A stretch of DNA of 64,000 nt, from NCBI GenBank assembly GCA_965140415.1, contig OZ223209.1, positions 1,984,001-2,048,000 of the forward strand, written 5' to 3'. This document shows positions 37,775-48,686 of the stretch, in pieces (position 1 is the stretch's first letter; each line of letters starts with the position of its first letter). The translations under genes and the position numbers were made by a program. Source of the stretch: Myxococcota bacterium. GTDB lineage: Bacteria; Myxococcota_A; SURF-8. The notes beneath the pieces were generated by a model. The model ran no database searches. It had not been told where the DNA came from and worked only from the letters and a program-made list of their open reading frames with translations.

Positions 37775-39757
37775 TCAGGGGCAGATTACCGTGATGCAGT
37801 CGATCAACCCTTTTCCCGGTCCTTCGAAAAACGCCTCGCAGGTATCGGCATATTGACCGGACTCGATGATCGCCCATTGAGCGACGGCTTCCTGGTAGTT
37901 GTCGGCGGTCAGGTTATCGATGCAGGTTTGCAAATAGCCCGCTTCACAATTACCCATAATTTCACAACATTCGTTCAACAGTCCGCAATAATGGCTGATG
38001 CTGCTGTCCATGTAACTTCCTACAACCACGCACTGCTCGTTGATGCAGTGAACCTCTGCTTCCTGCGGGCAGGGATCTTCAGGCGGGCAAACTCCCGATG
38101 TGTAGGCGGTATAGTCGGAAGGATCGACGTTGACATTGGCTGCTGCACACACGCAACCCTTTGAAAACAGCTTACAATCGCTATCTTGCGCGCAGGTATC
38201 GTTCGGGTAATTGGACACGCAATGACCTTCCACGCAATCCACCGGCAGGAACTGACAGGAGTTGTCCGCCGTGCACTGCGGGTAGCTTGGAAAATGATGG
38301 ATATTCACGGGCGTACAGGAAAGGGGGTTCATCGGCAGACTGTCGCAACAACTCGATTCCGCTTCCATGCGATACGCCGTGCAATCGTCACGGGTGGTGC
38401 AGGTGTCGTCGAAGGTAATGCTGGTGCGTGTCGTGCAAAGTCCCTGGGTGTCTTCGATCAATGTGCGCGAAGAAGCAATGGCGGCTCCCAGCAGTTTCTG
38501 GTAAAGAGCTATCAAGGCGTCTTCGATGCTTTGTGAGTGAGATCTCTGTTCATCCGTGATTTCGTCGCCAGCCAAACAATAATAGGAAAAACCGATTCCG
38601 TCCTGGTACTTCGGCTCGAACAGCCATACTCTTCCCCCACCTGCATCTCCACAATCAGAATCCGAAACATCGCAAGGCAACTCGGGCAATTCCGTGTTGA
38701 GTAATTCCACCAAGTCGTCCCAGTCGGCAGTATCTACCCATCCCGTAACATTCGCCGGAAATCCACCGGTGCAGTTGTAATGCTGTAACTCATAGAAAAG
38801 AGTCTCGAAAATGCGAAGCGTAAAAATCTCGTATCCCTCTCCATCAAAAGACTGCTCTCTTGTGCAGTAATCACCCGAAGAGGGGCCGCCTGGATATATC
38901 GATGCATACAGAACTTCCTCGCCGATAAACCCCAATTCGCTGCGCTGCTTATGGCAGGCACTGGCACGGCTTTCCGGTTCGTCGTTCGTACCGGGAGATG
39001 GCGCCAAGCGATTGCTCTGCTGAGATTCCTCCTTGGAAGCCTGACCATCCCTATCCTGATCTTTGTACAGGGACAATGCCAGCTGCACCGCATTTTCCAC
39101 ACTGGCTAGCATATCTGCGTTGTGAGTCGCATCAACCCGTACAATGCCGTCGGTATCCGCTTCAAGTTGAGTTAGCAAACTATTTGGTAACAATACCCCG
39201 AGATCGACAAGCGCCAGCCAAAAATGGTAGGTATCCGATGAAAAACGAAAGACTTCGCCCGGAGTAAACACCAGTTGCCTCCCTAAATCCAGTTCCAATG
39301 AGACAGTTCGTCCCGCTTTCGTCATACCTTGTGCTCTAAACGTGCTGTTTTCAGGAAATTGCAGGCGCATTTGACAGAATTCTCGATCGGGGGGGACTTC
39401 CACCTGCAAACCGGGGCGTTCGTCGTCCAGAACGGACATTTGCGCCGCCTCTGTGGCTTCTAACAGCAAACCATCAGTGTCGTTGCAGGTCTGTTGATCC
39501 GGCCAGAAAACGGAATCGATGTCCAATTCCACCGTGTGCCATTCCACGGCAGCATCTTCATCGGAATCCGGAACGACATCGAAGTTCAGGAATATTGTAG
39601 CTTTAGGGTTGCCGTCTCCGCTACCGGTACCGAAAAGAACGTAGCTGCGCTGCAAGGCATCGAAGGTAATGTCGGATTTCTCCGAGCAGGCCGATCCAAG
39701 AATCAGCACTGTGCCAAGTAGCAGAAAAGTCCACAGAAATTTTGCACGATACGTCAT
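37775..39757 (-). CDS. Multi-domain lipoprotein with a Cys-rich C-terminus
   Basis: Start reassigned to ATG 39757 (AAGGAG RBS); lipobox GSAC; DQDRDGQ Ca-loop-like motif; C-x4-DC repeats. Confidence 0.75.
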   Translation of the reverse strand: MTYRAKFLWTFLLLGTVLILGSACSEKSDITFDALQRSYVLFGTGSGDGNPKATIFLNFDVVPDSDEDAAVEWHTVELDIDSVFWPDQQTCNDTDGLLLEATEAAQMSVLDDERPGLQVEVPPDREFCQMRLQFPENSTFRAQGMTKAGRTVSLELDLGRQLVFTPGEVFRFSSDTYHFWLALVDLGVLLPNSLLTQLEADTDGIVRVDATHNADMLASVENAVQLALSLYKDQDRDGQASKEESQQSNRLAPSPGTNDEPESRASACHKQRSELGFIGEEVLYASIYPGGPSSGDYCTREQSFDGEGYEIFTLRIFETLFYELQHYNCTGGFPANVTGWVDTADWDDLVELLNTELPELPCDVSDSDCGDAGGGRVWLFEPKYQDGIGFSYYCLAGDEITDEQRSHSQSIEDALIALYQKLLGAAIASSRTLIEDTQGLCTTRTSITFDDTCTTRDDCTAYRMEAESSCCDSLPMNPLSCTPVNIHHFPSYPQCTADNSCQFLPVDCVEGHCVSNYPNDTCAQDSDCKLFSKGCVCAAANVNVDPSDYTAYTSGVCPPEDPCPQEAEVHCINEQCVVVGSYMDSSISHYCGLLNECCEIMGNCEAGYLQTCIDNLTADNYQEAVAQWAIIESGQYADTCEAFFEGPGKGLIDCITVICP

Positions 39758-39809
39758 GGTATACTCCTTGTTATTCAGTATTTGGCTATCCCGTTTTAGA
39801 TTCAAGGTT

Positions 39810-40691
39810 TTATTTCGTTTTTGGCTCTTCAGTCGCATCGTCGAGCAGAGGAAAAAGCTGTACATTCAAGCGATAAGCCACTTCGATCGGTTCCGGTTCG
39901 ACGATCAGTTCTTTTACGTCGTTCAGTTGCTGCGCCAACAGTTCTTTTAGCGCCTCGGCCTGTCTGCGACTGATCGCCATGGTGATTCCGCTGATAAAAC
40001 GCCGTTGTTGCGGATAGGCTTCAATCGCTTCCGAACCGAGCCGGATCATCTCGCGATGAAAATTGCGCACTGACAAGCGGGCGGCTTTCGTCGAATCTTC
40101 CCGGTCGGCAAATTCACCGATAAACGGGTCGCGAGGCTGTAACTTACCCTGGGGATTCCTGCTCAGAAAGCCAAGCTCGATCAACCGGTTAAGTCCGCTG
40201 CGCGCCTGTCGTGGCGTAATGTGAGGTCGTAGTCGGGATGCAATCCAGGATGGATCTTCCTTGAAATCCTCAACACTCACAAGCTCCCGCAGTACCGGCA
40301 AGTACCATTGCGAATAAAACTCATGTCGAATCAGCTCCGCATTGTGCATGGCTCGTTTGCCTCCCAATCGTCGTAATTGCTCCATGATCATCTGGCGCTG
40401 CTCATCGTTGCTGGCCTGGTCCAACTCGACCAGGTGTAAAAAATAGCGGGTTTCACGGTTGCCGAGACCAAGCGCCTGCGCATAGCGTTGGGCGGCTCGT
40501 GGGCTCAGCTTGGCGTAGCCGGTTGCAATTTGCCAGAAGTGGTTGGATTTGTCGGAGTAGCCCGCTTTCTTCTGAAGGTATCGATGCGAGAAGGCGGCGT
40601 CCTGGCTGTTGTAGTCTGCGTAGATGTCCTGAAGAAATCTTTTATAGTCCAAATAATCATACGCAGTAATATTCTTTCTAAGTTTTTTCAT
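39810..40691 (-). CDS. TIGR02147/DUF4423-like protein (putative DNA-binding)
   Basis: YLDYKRFLQD, FS.R.L...AG, YSQWY..VLREL, W IA.RL.P, FHREMI, R..SG.T, YRLNVQLFPL. Confidence 0.88.
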   Translation of the reverse strand: MKKLRKNITAYDYLDYKRFLQDIYADYNSQDAAFSHRYLQKKAGYSDKSNHFWQIATGYAKLSPRAAQRYAQALGLGNRETRYFLHLVELDQASNDEQRQMIMEQLRRLGGKRAMHNAELIRHEFYSQWYLPVLRELVSVEDFKEDPSWIASRLRPHITPRQARSGLNRLIELGFLSRNPQGKLQPRDPFIGEFADREDSTKAARLSVRNFHREMIRLGSEAIEAYPQQRRFISGITMAISRRQAEALKELLAQQLNDVKELIVEPEPIEVAYRLNVQLFPLLDDATEEPKTK

Positions 40692-41014
40692 AACATCTAT
40701 ATTCCTTTGTAATCACGAGTATTAGTCTACTTTTAATTTTGGATTGCCGTCAACATGAAAACCTTGAATACTAAAATTATCGCGTAAAATCATTACGCGA
40801 GTAGATGTGCAGGAAAACTGTGGGTAAGCGGATTGACCCAAGAAACGGAGTTTTCGATGTTTTTTCCGGGAAGAAATCGCCTGAAACCTGGAATAAACCT
40901 GGTGGAAAGAGTGAAAACGAAGCGTCATTCAGTCAAAGATTGAAGACGGTTTTTTGCGAGCGAATTAGCGAGTAATATCAAGCAGATAGATCTGAAAAAA
41001 AGCACCGAAAAACG

Positions 41015-41043
41015 TTGACAGAATTTGGGGTTTGGCATATATT
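41015..41043 (+). promoter_or_regulatory. sigma70-like promoter of gyrA
   Basis: TTGACA, 17 nt, TATATT. Confidence 0.7.
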
Positions 41044-41149
41044 AAGTTGATTGTTTGACGGGCTGGATAATCGACGCTAAAAGCGGATTTTCGAGAATCC
41101 GGCGCGGTTTGCTATTTTTTTGATATTCGCGACATCAAAGGATGTAGAT

Positions 41150-43696
41150 ATGCTGTTTCAGCCGAAAGAAATTCCGGTCAATATCGAAGAGGAAATGAAA
41201 GAATCCTACATGGAATATGCCATGTCGGTCATCATTTCTCGTGCATTGCCGGATGTGCGTGACGGACTCAAGCCGGTTCATCGCCGGGTTTTGTACGCCA
41301 TGTACGAAATGAAAAACTTCCATAATCAGTCGTATAAGAAATCGGCCCGCGTGGTCGGTAACGTCATCGGTAAATACCACCCACACGGCGATTCTGCGGT
41401 GTACGACACGATCGTTCGTATGGCTCAACCGTTCTCGCTGCGTTACCCGATGGTCGACGGCCAGGGTAACTTCGGTTCGGTCGATGGCGATCCCGCAGCG
41501 GCTATGCGTTACACCGAAATCCGTTTGGAGAAAATCGCGGCGGAAGTGCTGACCGACCTGGAAAAGGAAACGGTCGATTTCCAGCCCAACTACGATGGGT
41601 CGGAGTTGGAACCTATGGTCATGCCGACGCGCCTGCCCAGCCTGTTGATTAACGGTGCTGCGGGTATCGCAGTTGGTATGGCGACCAATATCCCTCCCCA
41701 TAACCTGGGCGAAGTCGTCGATGCGGTAATCCAGTTGATCGAGAATCCGGATTTGGGCGTTAAAGAATTGATGGGGGTCATTCCCGGTCCCGACTTCCCC
41801 ACCGCCGGTTTCATTTACGGGCGGGAAGGTATTGAAAGCGCCTATACAACCGGACGCGGCATTATCAAACTGCGTGGACGAGCTGTCGTCGAGCGCAATC
41901 GGCGCAACGATCGGGAATCCATTGTCGTGACCGAAATTCCCTATATGGTCAACAAGTCCAAACTGATCGAAAATATTGCCGATCTGGTTAAAAAGAAAAA
42001 GCTGGAAGGTATCTCCGATCTGCGTGACGAGTCCGATCGCGAAGGCATGCGCATCGTCATGGAACTCAAGCGCGATGCGGTCGCTGGCGTGTTGTTGAAC
42101 AACCTGTATAAGCTCACTCAGATGCAGACCAGTTTCGGTGTGATTCTGCTTTCTCTGGTCAATGGCCAGCCCAAGGTGCTGGACATCAAGCAGATGTTGC
42201 AGTATTTCATCGATCACCGCCGCGATGTGGTGACGAGGCGCTGCATTTTCGAATTACGCAAAGCCGAAGAGCGCGAACACATTTTGGAAGGTTTGAAGAT
42301 CGCGCTGGACAACATCGACGAAGTCGTCAAGACGATTCGGGCGAGCAGTACTCCCAGCGAAGCCAAGGAACGCTTGATCGCTCGTTTCGGCCTTTCCACG
42401 CGCCAGGCCCAGGCTATTCTCGATATGCGCCTGCAACGCCTCACCGGTTTGGAGCGCGACAAGATCATCAGCGAGTTGAAACAGGTGCGTGAGGAAATCA
42501 AGCGTCTGAAAGCGATCTTGGGCAGCGAAGCGCTGTTGATGGACGTGATCAAGCAGGAACTTCAGGAAGTTCGCAACAAGTATTCCGATGCTCGCCGAAC
42601 GGAAATCGTCGGCGAATCCCGCGAATTGTCGGTGGAAGACCTGATCGTGGAAGAAGACATGGTCGTCACCGTTTCGCATTCGGGCTATATCAAGCGAAAT
42701 GCCATTTCCCTTTACCGCGCACAGCGCCGCGGCGGTAAGGGAAAGACCGGTATGACCCCCAAGGCCGAGGATCTAGTGACCGATCTCTTCGTGGCCAGTA
42801 CGCACGACACTATTCTGATTTTCTCCGACAAGGGCATTGTTTACTGGTTGAAAGTACATCAAATTCCGCAGGGTGGTCGCGCCACACGCGGCAAGGCGAT
42901 CGTCAACCTGGTGCAAATGGCCAACGGGGAACACGTGGCGGCGATTCTGCCGATTCGCGAGTATCGCGAGGACTACAATGTGATCTTCGCCACCAAGAAC
43001 GGCGTTGTTAAAAAGACCAGCCTGATGGCCTATTCCAATCCTCGCAGCGTAGGCACTAAAGCCATCAACCTGGATGAAGGCGATGAAATCATCGATGTTC
43101 GCCTGACCGATGGCAGCAAGCACATTCTGCTTTCCTCCTTGAAGGGTAAAGCGATTCGCTTCAAAGAGGAAGAAGCTCGCCCTATGGGACGTGTGTCGCG
43201 TGGAATCAAGGGAATCACACTGGCCGAGAATGACCGGCTGGTTTCGATGGAAGTCTTGTCGGAAGGTGCAACCATTCTGTCCGTGACCGAGAACGGCTAT
43301 GGAAAACGCAGCAGCACCGATGATTATCGCATTCAGGGCCGTGGCGGTCGTGGTATCATCACCATCAAGACGACGGAACGCAATGGCGATGTCGTAAGCG
43401 TGAAGCAGGTCACCGACGATGATGACTTGATGCTGATTACCAACAAGGGAATCATCATGCGTATGCGAACGGCGGGTTTGCGCGTGATGGGCCGCAATAC
43501 GCAGGGTGTCCGCCTGATCAACCTGGATGCGGAAAGCAAGGTGGTGTCCATCACCAAGTTGGCAGAGCAGGACGACAAAGCCGTTGATGGTATTGACGCC
43601 AAAGCGGACGGGTTCGAAGAAGAGCCGACACAAGAAGAGACCGAGAGCGCACAAGGTGAAGAGACGGATCCGAAATCGACTGATTCCAAAGACTAA
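41150..43696 (+). CDS. gyrA: DNA gyrase subunit A
   Basis: [37 protein letters not shown], GyrA-box QRRGGKG, CTD blades, acidic tail. Confidence 0.98.
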   Translation: MLFQPKEIPVNIEEEMKESYMEYAMSVIISRALPDVRDGLKPVHRRVLYAMYEMKNFHNQSYKKSARVVGNVIGKYHPHGDSAVYDTIVRMAQPFSLRYPMVDGQGNFGSVDGDPAAAMRYTEIRLEKIAAEVLTDLEKETVDFQPNYDGSELEPMVMPTRLPSLLINGAAGIAVGMATNIPPHNLGEVVDAVIQLIENPDLGVKELMGVIPGPDFPTAGFIYGREGIESAYTTGRGIIKLRGRAVVERNRRNDRESIVVTEIPYMVNKSKLIENIADLVKKKKLEGISDLRDESDREGMRIVMELKRDAVAGVLLNNLYKLTQMQTSFGVILLSLVNGQPKVLDIKQMLQYFIDHRRDVVTRRCIFELRKAEEREHILEGLKIALDNIDEVVKTIRASSTPSEAKERLIARFGLSTRQAQAILDMRLQRLTGLERDKIISELKQVREEIKRLKAILGSEALLMDVIKQELQEVRNKYSDARRTEIVGESRELSVEDLIVEEDMVVTVSHSGYIKRNAISLYRAQRRGGKGKTGMTPKAEDLVTDLFVASTHDTILIFSDKGIVYWLKVHQIPQGGRATRGKAIVNLVQMANGEHVAAILPIREYREDYNVIFATKNGVVKKTSLMAYSNPRSVGTKAINLDEGDEIIDVRLTDGSKHILLSSLKGKAIRFKEEEARPMGRVSRGIKGITLAENDRLVSMEVLSEGATILSVTENGYGKRSSTDDYRIQGRGGRGIITIKTTERNGDVVSVKQVTDDDDLMLITNKGIIMRMRTAGLRVMGRNTQGVRLINLDAESKVVSITKLAEQDDKAVDGIDAKADGFEEEPTQEETESAQGEETDPKSTDSKD

Positions 43697-43726
43697 GGAT
43701 CCAATTGCGATATCTGTCATGAATAA

Positions 43727-43753
43727 CCCGCCCGTTTTCGGGCGGGATCTTTT
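43727..43753 (+). terminator. Probable terminator after gyrA
   Basis: CCCGCCCG/CGGGCGGG stem then ATCTTTT. Confidence 0.65.
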
Positions 43754-43780
43754 CGACTACGACGAACGAAACGGTGAACG

Positions 43781-45037
43781 ATGGATACGATACGTTGGTT
43801 GCTGTTGATTTTAGTATTGGTATCGGTCGGCGCGTTCTATCTGTTTCTCTACAAACCCTCCTATCAGAAATTCTACGATCGCGGAATCAAGCGCTATGCC
43901 GAGCAGGAATATGAACGCGCCGCGACGGAGTTTCTAAAAGCCATCAGCGAGGCGGAAGAAAGCGAGGCACAGCAGGCGCGTGAAGTGTTGATCGACGCCA
44001 GCATGATGACCGCGGAAATCTATAACCTTCGCCTGGGTAAGCTTCAGGAAGCCATTCAACAGTACGAAGAAGTTGCAAAAAACTTTCCTCATCATCGAAA
44101 AGCCGTTCTTGCACTGGACGAAATCGCATCCATCTATCTCAACAAGCTGGACGATCCACGCAAGGGTATCGAAACATTGGTTCAATTGGTCAACCGGGTG
44201 CCAAAACCGGATCATGTAATGCGTTACAAGCAACGAATTCTGCAAGCCTATCTGTCATTGCATGAGTTCGAACAGGCAGCCATCGAGGGGCTTGACTGGT
44301 TGAAGCAGGAACCGAATGCACCTGGCAACGGGCGTCTGCTTTTTCTGGTCGCCGATGCTCTTGGGTATCAGGCGAAATGGCAGCAGGCTATTGAATTGTA
44401 CAAGCGCATCGAGAATGAATACCCCAATGCTCCGGAAGCCAAGCTGGTGCATTTTGAGATCGGAAATTGCTACTTGAAGCTCAAGCGCTACGACGAGGCG
44501 ACCAAGGCTTTTGAAAAAGCGCTGGAAACCTATCCCAATGCCGATGTCGTCCGGTTACGCATTCAGGAAACCAAGGGGCGCTTGTTGAACGAAACGGATG
44601 ACGAGGGTCTGCCGCATTGGGTCAAGCAACGTAACCGGAACCGGGATGTAGAGCCTTTCCCGGAAGATCATTCCCGACGCAGCATCAAGCATATCATCAA
44701 AGACGATGACGAAAAGAAAGCCAAACCTTCCACTACCAAGCCTGCTAAAGCGAAACCGACAGTGAAATCCAAAGCGGTAAAAAAATCTCCCAAAACGAGC
44801 AATACCAAGCCGGAAAAAGCGCCAGCGAAGTCTGTGAAAGATTCGGTCCAGCCAGCCGCACAGAAGCCGACAACGATACCAAAGCAGCAACCAAAGCAAC
44901 CTGCTCAGAAAACGGAAAAGAATGCCGCTTCAAAAGCGGAAGCAAAACCCATAGCGAATTCTGCAAAGAAAACGGCAACTCCTCCAGCCGCCAAAGAAAC
45001 CGCCGCCCCTGAGCCGATTGTTCCCGTTACACCTTGA
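43781..45037 (+). CDS. Membrane-anchored TPR protein with a Lys/Pro/Ala-rich tail
   Basis: N-terminal TM; repeated A..Y......(F/Y)P TPR units; low-complexity C-terminus. Confidence 0.8.
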   Translation: MDTIRWLLLILVLVSVGAFYLFLYKPSYQKFYDRGIKRYAEQEYERAATEFLKAISEAEESEAQQAREVLIDASMMTAEIYNLRLGKLQEAIQQYEEVAKNFPHHRKAVLALDEIASIYLNKLDDPRKGIETLVQLVNRVPKPDHVMRYKQRILQAYLSLHEFEQAAIEGLDWLKQEPNAPGNGRLLFLVADALGYQAKWQQAIELYKRIENEYPNAPEAKLVHFEIGNCYLKLKRYDEATKAFEKALETYPNADVVRLRIQETKGRLLNETDDEGLPHWVKQRNRNRDVEPFPEDHSRRSIKHIIKDDDEKKAKPSTTKPAKAKPTVKSKAVKKSPKTSNTKPEKAPAKSVKDSVQPAAQKPTTIPKQQPKQPAQKTEKNAASKAEAKPIANSAKKTATPPAAKETAAPEPIVPVTP

Positions 45038-45054
45038 CGATTCAAGTATGACGC

Positions 45055-47931
45055 TTAAAAGTCGATGTTGTCACCGACTTCGTAGGATATGGGTTGCATG
45101 AAATCCCATGAGGCGAATGTGTCCAGATATACGGCGCGATAGGTGGCCATAATCGTTAATACTTTTTTGACGTAATTGCGGGTTTCGAGGAATTCAATCG
45201 ATTCGATGAATTCATCCCATTCCAATTCAGGATGACGTTGCAGCCAGATTTCGACGTTATGAGGGCCTCCGTTATAGGCTGCGATTGCCAACGGCCACTG
45301 TCCCTGAAATTTCTTCTTCAACTCCGATAGGTACCAGGCGCCGAAGCGAATACTGGTTTCCGGTTTGTACAGCAGCGAGTGGCTATGGCTCGCTTCACCG
45401 TTACTATCGGCGATCTTGGCACCGGTGGCGGGCATGATCTGCATCAATCCCAAGGCGTTCACTCGCGAAACGGCATGTGGTTTGAAATAGCTTTCCGTAC
45501 GCATAATCGAGAGCAGCAGGTCTTCCCGTACGTTCGATTCTTCGCTGAAACGACCAATGGTGTCGGCAAAAGCGGGAGGATAGGTCAACATGGTTCGGAA
45601 AGGCTGTGGAATCTGTTTTCGATCAGCCCTGGTTAATCCGGCAGTGAATACGCGAAAAGCGCCGGAAATATCTTGATACTCAAGAAAACAAGCCAGGATG
45701 TCGAAAGCGAATCGTTTTGGAACTTGTTGCAGGGCTTGCAGTCGCTCCATGCGCAAGGCAGCTTCAGCGGGTGTCTCGTCTTTGTAAGGCGTTTCATTTG
45801 TGCGTGACTGCAACTCGATCCAGCGCTCCACGAAACCTCGTAAAGCAGCGGAGGCTCGTTCGTAATATCCCAATTCCTGCCAGACGACGGCTTGTTTCAG
45901 CTTAGGAAAAAGTGCGGCATACGGTTTGACCCACTTCCTCAACCGACTGTGACGGCTCGATCTGGTAGCCACGAAACCGATTGCTTCCGTTTGAAAGCGT
46001 TCCATCATACTGTGATGAAAGAGCTGCGAAGTAAACAGTGGGGATTGTCGCAGGATATCCACAGCATCTCTCCAGTTTCGTTTACGTTCGCGAAGAACCA
46101 GCATCACATCCGGATCGTCAACGGTGGCCTCTTGGATGGGGTCCAAGTGCAAGGGGTCGAGTTCGCCGACGACAGCGTGGGTTTCATCGATCACCAAAAA
46201 GGAATTCAATCGAGCCTGAGCGGCCAGCCTGTAGTAGTGACGGCGCTCGTCTCCGGCCAGATAAACGAAATAGCTTTTGGCGCGTGTGTAGTCGTGACGC
46301 TGTTCATAGATACGCCCGATCCAGTAGCGACAGGCGGAGGCATAGGAAGAACGCGGGTAGTTGTCTAGCAAGTCCTTGAAACGGGATAATGCAATGTCGA
46401 ACTTTCCTGCACGATAGGCGAACCAGCCCCGAAACCACAAGGCTTTGCGCGCCAATGAGTCGCGTCGATAACGTTGCTGGAAATCTTGTAGCAGGCGGTC
46501 GGCGTCCTCGTAGCGACCGGAGCGATTTCCGGTCAGCCAGGCGGCCATAAAGCGCGCCATTTTGGCCAATCCCGATTTCGGAAAACTATCCGCCATTTCC
46601 AGGTAGGTATCGACCGCGCGTTGCAATTGGTTCTGTCGTCCCAGTGTTTTGGAGATCATGTACAGGTACTGGTCCTTTTCGCTTTGCAGACCGGATTCGG
46701 TATAATACAGATCCTGAAACACCTGTAGCGCCTCTGAATAACGAGTCAGATAAGAAAGCGTCTGCCCTTGTTCGTACAAAAGCTTGGCATTGACAGTCCG
46801 GTCAAATCCGTCGGAGCCGGGGGGATGTTCCTTCAAGTGCTGTTCGATCAACGCCAAGCGTTGCTCGTCGCGCCGCTCGGTTTTCAGACGGCTGACTTCC
46901 CGCAGTAACGCAGTCCCATACGCAACTGGGGGTTGGGCAATTTCCTCATTCAATTGCTTGCGACGTTCTTCCGCTACACCACAGTAACGACAACTCGGGT
47001 CGAAGGGCTGCATCCGGCGCAATAACAAACGCTCTTTTTCCGTTTGTTTCAATGCCCTGTAGGCGCGAGCGCGCAGCCAGTATAAGTCGTTTTGTCGGGG
47101 ATGCGAAGGAGGATCGTCTAACTCGAAACCCGGTAAGGTCTGGGCGTACGAGCTATACTCCCGTTCGAAATGCAAGGTCAACCGGGCAGCCTTGCCTGCT
47201 TCTCCTTCTTCAAGCAAACAAGCGACTTCACCCAGTTGTGCGTCGAAAAAGTGTGTGCGCTCCAATTTTCGGCGAATCGTTTCCGGGGAAGAACCCGCGC
47301 GAATCCAACGCAAACGGCGATATTGGCGTCGCGCCTGATCGTACTGACCTGTTTTAAAATGTGCTTCGGCCAGCATCCAGCGCAGATCGTCATTGATGGC
47401 GCTGAACGCGCCGATAGTCTCCGGAAGTAGCTGTGCTGCCAGTTGATCCTGATCGAGTTCCAGATAGGCACTGGCCAAGGCCAGCTTGATGCGCTTGTCC
47501 CAGGTTTTGTAAAATGGACTCTGTTGCAGCGCGAAAAAGATCTGCAACACTTCCAACCAGTTTCGCTTCCGAATCTGTTCGACTCCCTGCTCATACAGGG
47601 CGGCGGCTTCCTTTTTGCTATGACCCACGGCAAGACGGTATCGGTATCCCGGATCGCTCTGGTCGGTCGCGATGGAAAGCGGCTCCTGATGTTCTTGCAC
47701 TGATTCCGGTTGGCAGGATACATTCCGTTCGGCTTCGCCTTCGCGCTCGCGATCCCACTCGGGATCGGGGTCCGCATCCCAGTCCAGATCGGCGTCTACA
47801 GCCGAATTTTCAACCGCTTCGCCTTCAAAAGGATCGCCTTCTGCGAATGCGCTTGTCCAGGCGATCCAGATCAACAGCAACAGCAGGATAAGTTGAGACT
47901 TTTTCAGATGATAATATAATCTATTCAACAT
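45055..47931 (-). CDS. Lytic transglycosylase (SLT domain) with TPR scaffold
   Basis: IMRTES, A.GLMQIMPATG, AAYNGGP, ETRNYVKKV. Confidence 0.93.
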   Translation of the reverse strand: MLNRLYYHLKKSQLILLLLLIWIAWTSAFAEGDPFEGEAVENSAVDADLDWDADPDPEWDREREGEAERNVSCQPESVQEHQEPLSIATDQSDPGYRYRLAVGHSKKEAAALYEQGVEQIRKRNWLEVLQIFFALQQSPFYKTWDKRIKLALASAYLELDQDQLAAQLLPETIGAFSAINDDLRWMLAEAHFKTGQYDQARRQYRRLRWIRAGSSPETIRRKLERTHFFDAQLGEVACLLEEGEAGKAARLTLHFEREYSSYAQTLPGFELDDPPSHPRQNDLYWLRARAYRALKQTEKERLLLRRMQPFDPSCRYCGVAEERRKQLNEEIAQPPVAYGTALLREVSRLKTERRDEQRLALIEQHLKEHPPGSDGFDRTVNAKLLYEQGQTLSYLTRYSEALQVFQDLYYTESGLQSEKDQYLYMISKTLGRQNQLQRAVDTYLEMADSFPKSGLAKMARFMAAWLTGNRSGRYEDADRLLQDFQQRYRRDSLARKALWFRGWFAYRAGKFDIALSRFKDLLDNYPRSSYASACRYWIGRIYEQRHDYTRAKSYFVYLAGDERRHYYRLAAQARLNSFLVIDETHAVVGELDPLHLDPIQEATVDDPDVMLVLRERKRNWRDAVDILRQSPLFTSQLFHHSMMERFQTEAIGFVATRSSRHSRLRKWVKPYAALFPKLKQAVVWQELGYYERASAALRGFVERWIELQSRTNETPYKDETPAEAALRMERLQALQQVPKRFAFDILACFLEYQDISGAFRVFTAGLTRADRKQIPQPFRTMLTYPPAFADTIGRFSEESNVREDLLLSIMRTESYFKPHAVSRVNALGLMQIMPATGAKIADSNGEASHSHSLLYKPETSIRFGAWYLSELKKKFQGQWPLAIAAYNGGPHNVEIWLQRHPELEWDEFIESIEFLETRNYVKKVLTIMATYRAVYLDTFASWDFMQPISYEVGDNIDF

Positions 47932-47932
47932 G

Positions 47933-48379
47933 CTAGAATGATTGTTCCGCCTTGTATTTGAAAACGTCCAGTCGTTGCCGCATCAAGGTGTCGGCGAGGA
48001 AAGTTGAAAGAAAAGCGGGAATCGGTCCCTTTAAAGCGACTTTTTGACGAACAGACAAACGCAGGCGTTCCCGCTCCAGCGGTTCGATTCGAAACTCGCC
48101 GCTCCAATTGGAAAGAAAGCGTCCCTTCTGCAAGTTCCAACCCACTCGGTAAAAGGGTTCCTCCTGTAACGTAAGTGTAACAGGTAATTCCATTCCCCAG
48201 ACTTTCAAGCGCAGAGCCAGATGCTTTTCATGCCCGTCAACCGGTTGCTGCTCGATTTCCTGTATCTCGGGAATCGAAGCGGGGTAGGCTTCGTAATTCG
48301 TCAATACGGCAAACAGCCTTTGCGGGCTGGCCTGGATTTCCTTGGAGATCCGATTTTTGTCGCTAGTGAAACTACGCAT
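47933..48379 (-). CDS. SRPBCC/START (polyketide cyclase/RatA-like) protein
   Basis: IQASPQRLFAVLTNYEAYPASIP; W....G.F.....GEF.IEP. Confidence 0.8.
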   Translation of the reverse strand: MRSFTSDKNRISKEIQASPQRLFAVLTNYEAYPASIPEIQEIEQQPVDGHEKHLALRLKVWGMELPVTLTLQEEPFYRVGWNLQKGRFLSNWSGEFRIEPLERERLRLSVRQKVALKGPIPAFLSTFLADTLMRQRLDVFKYKAEQSF

Positions 48380-48686
48380 CGTTTCTTTTCGTTTCAGGGT
48401 GCATCAAGTAACACCGAATTGGCGCATTGTAGCGGAAATAGGAGAGCCGAGCAAGCGTGCTTATGAAAGGGGAGAATCAATCGTGAGATGTGGAATCTTT
48501 TTCCTTGCACCGCTGGCTTTATCCTGGTTATTGAAAGCTGCCATCGGTTTCGTTATCAATCCGAAAAAAAAAGATCGCTCTGGACGGTCGGAACAGAGCG
48601 AATGGGTTGGATGGAAATCACAATGCTTTTCTGGCCTTCCTATATGAAATTATGCTAAAAAATAACAGTTTCTTCATAGTTCACCA

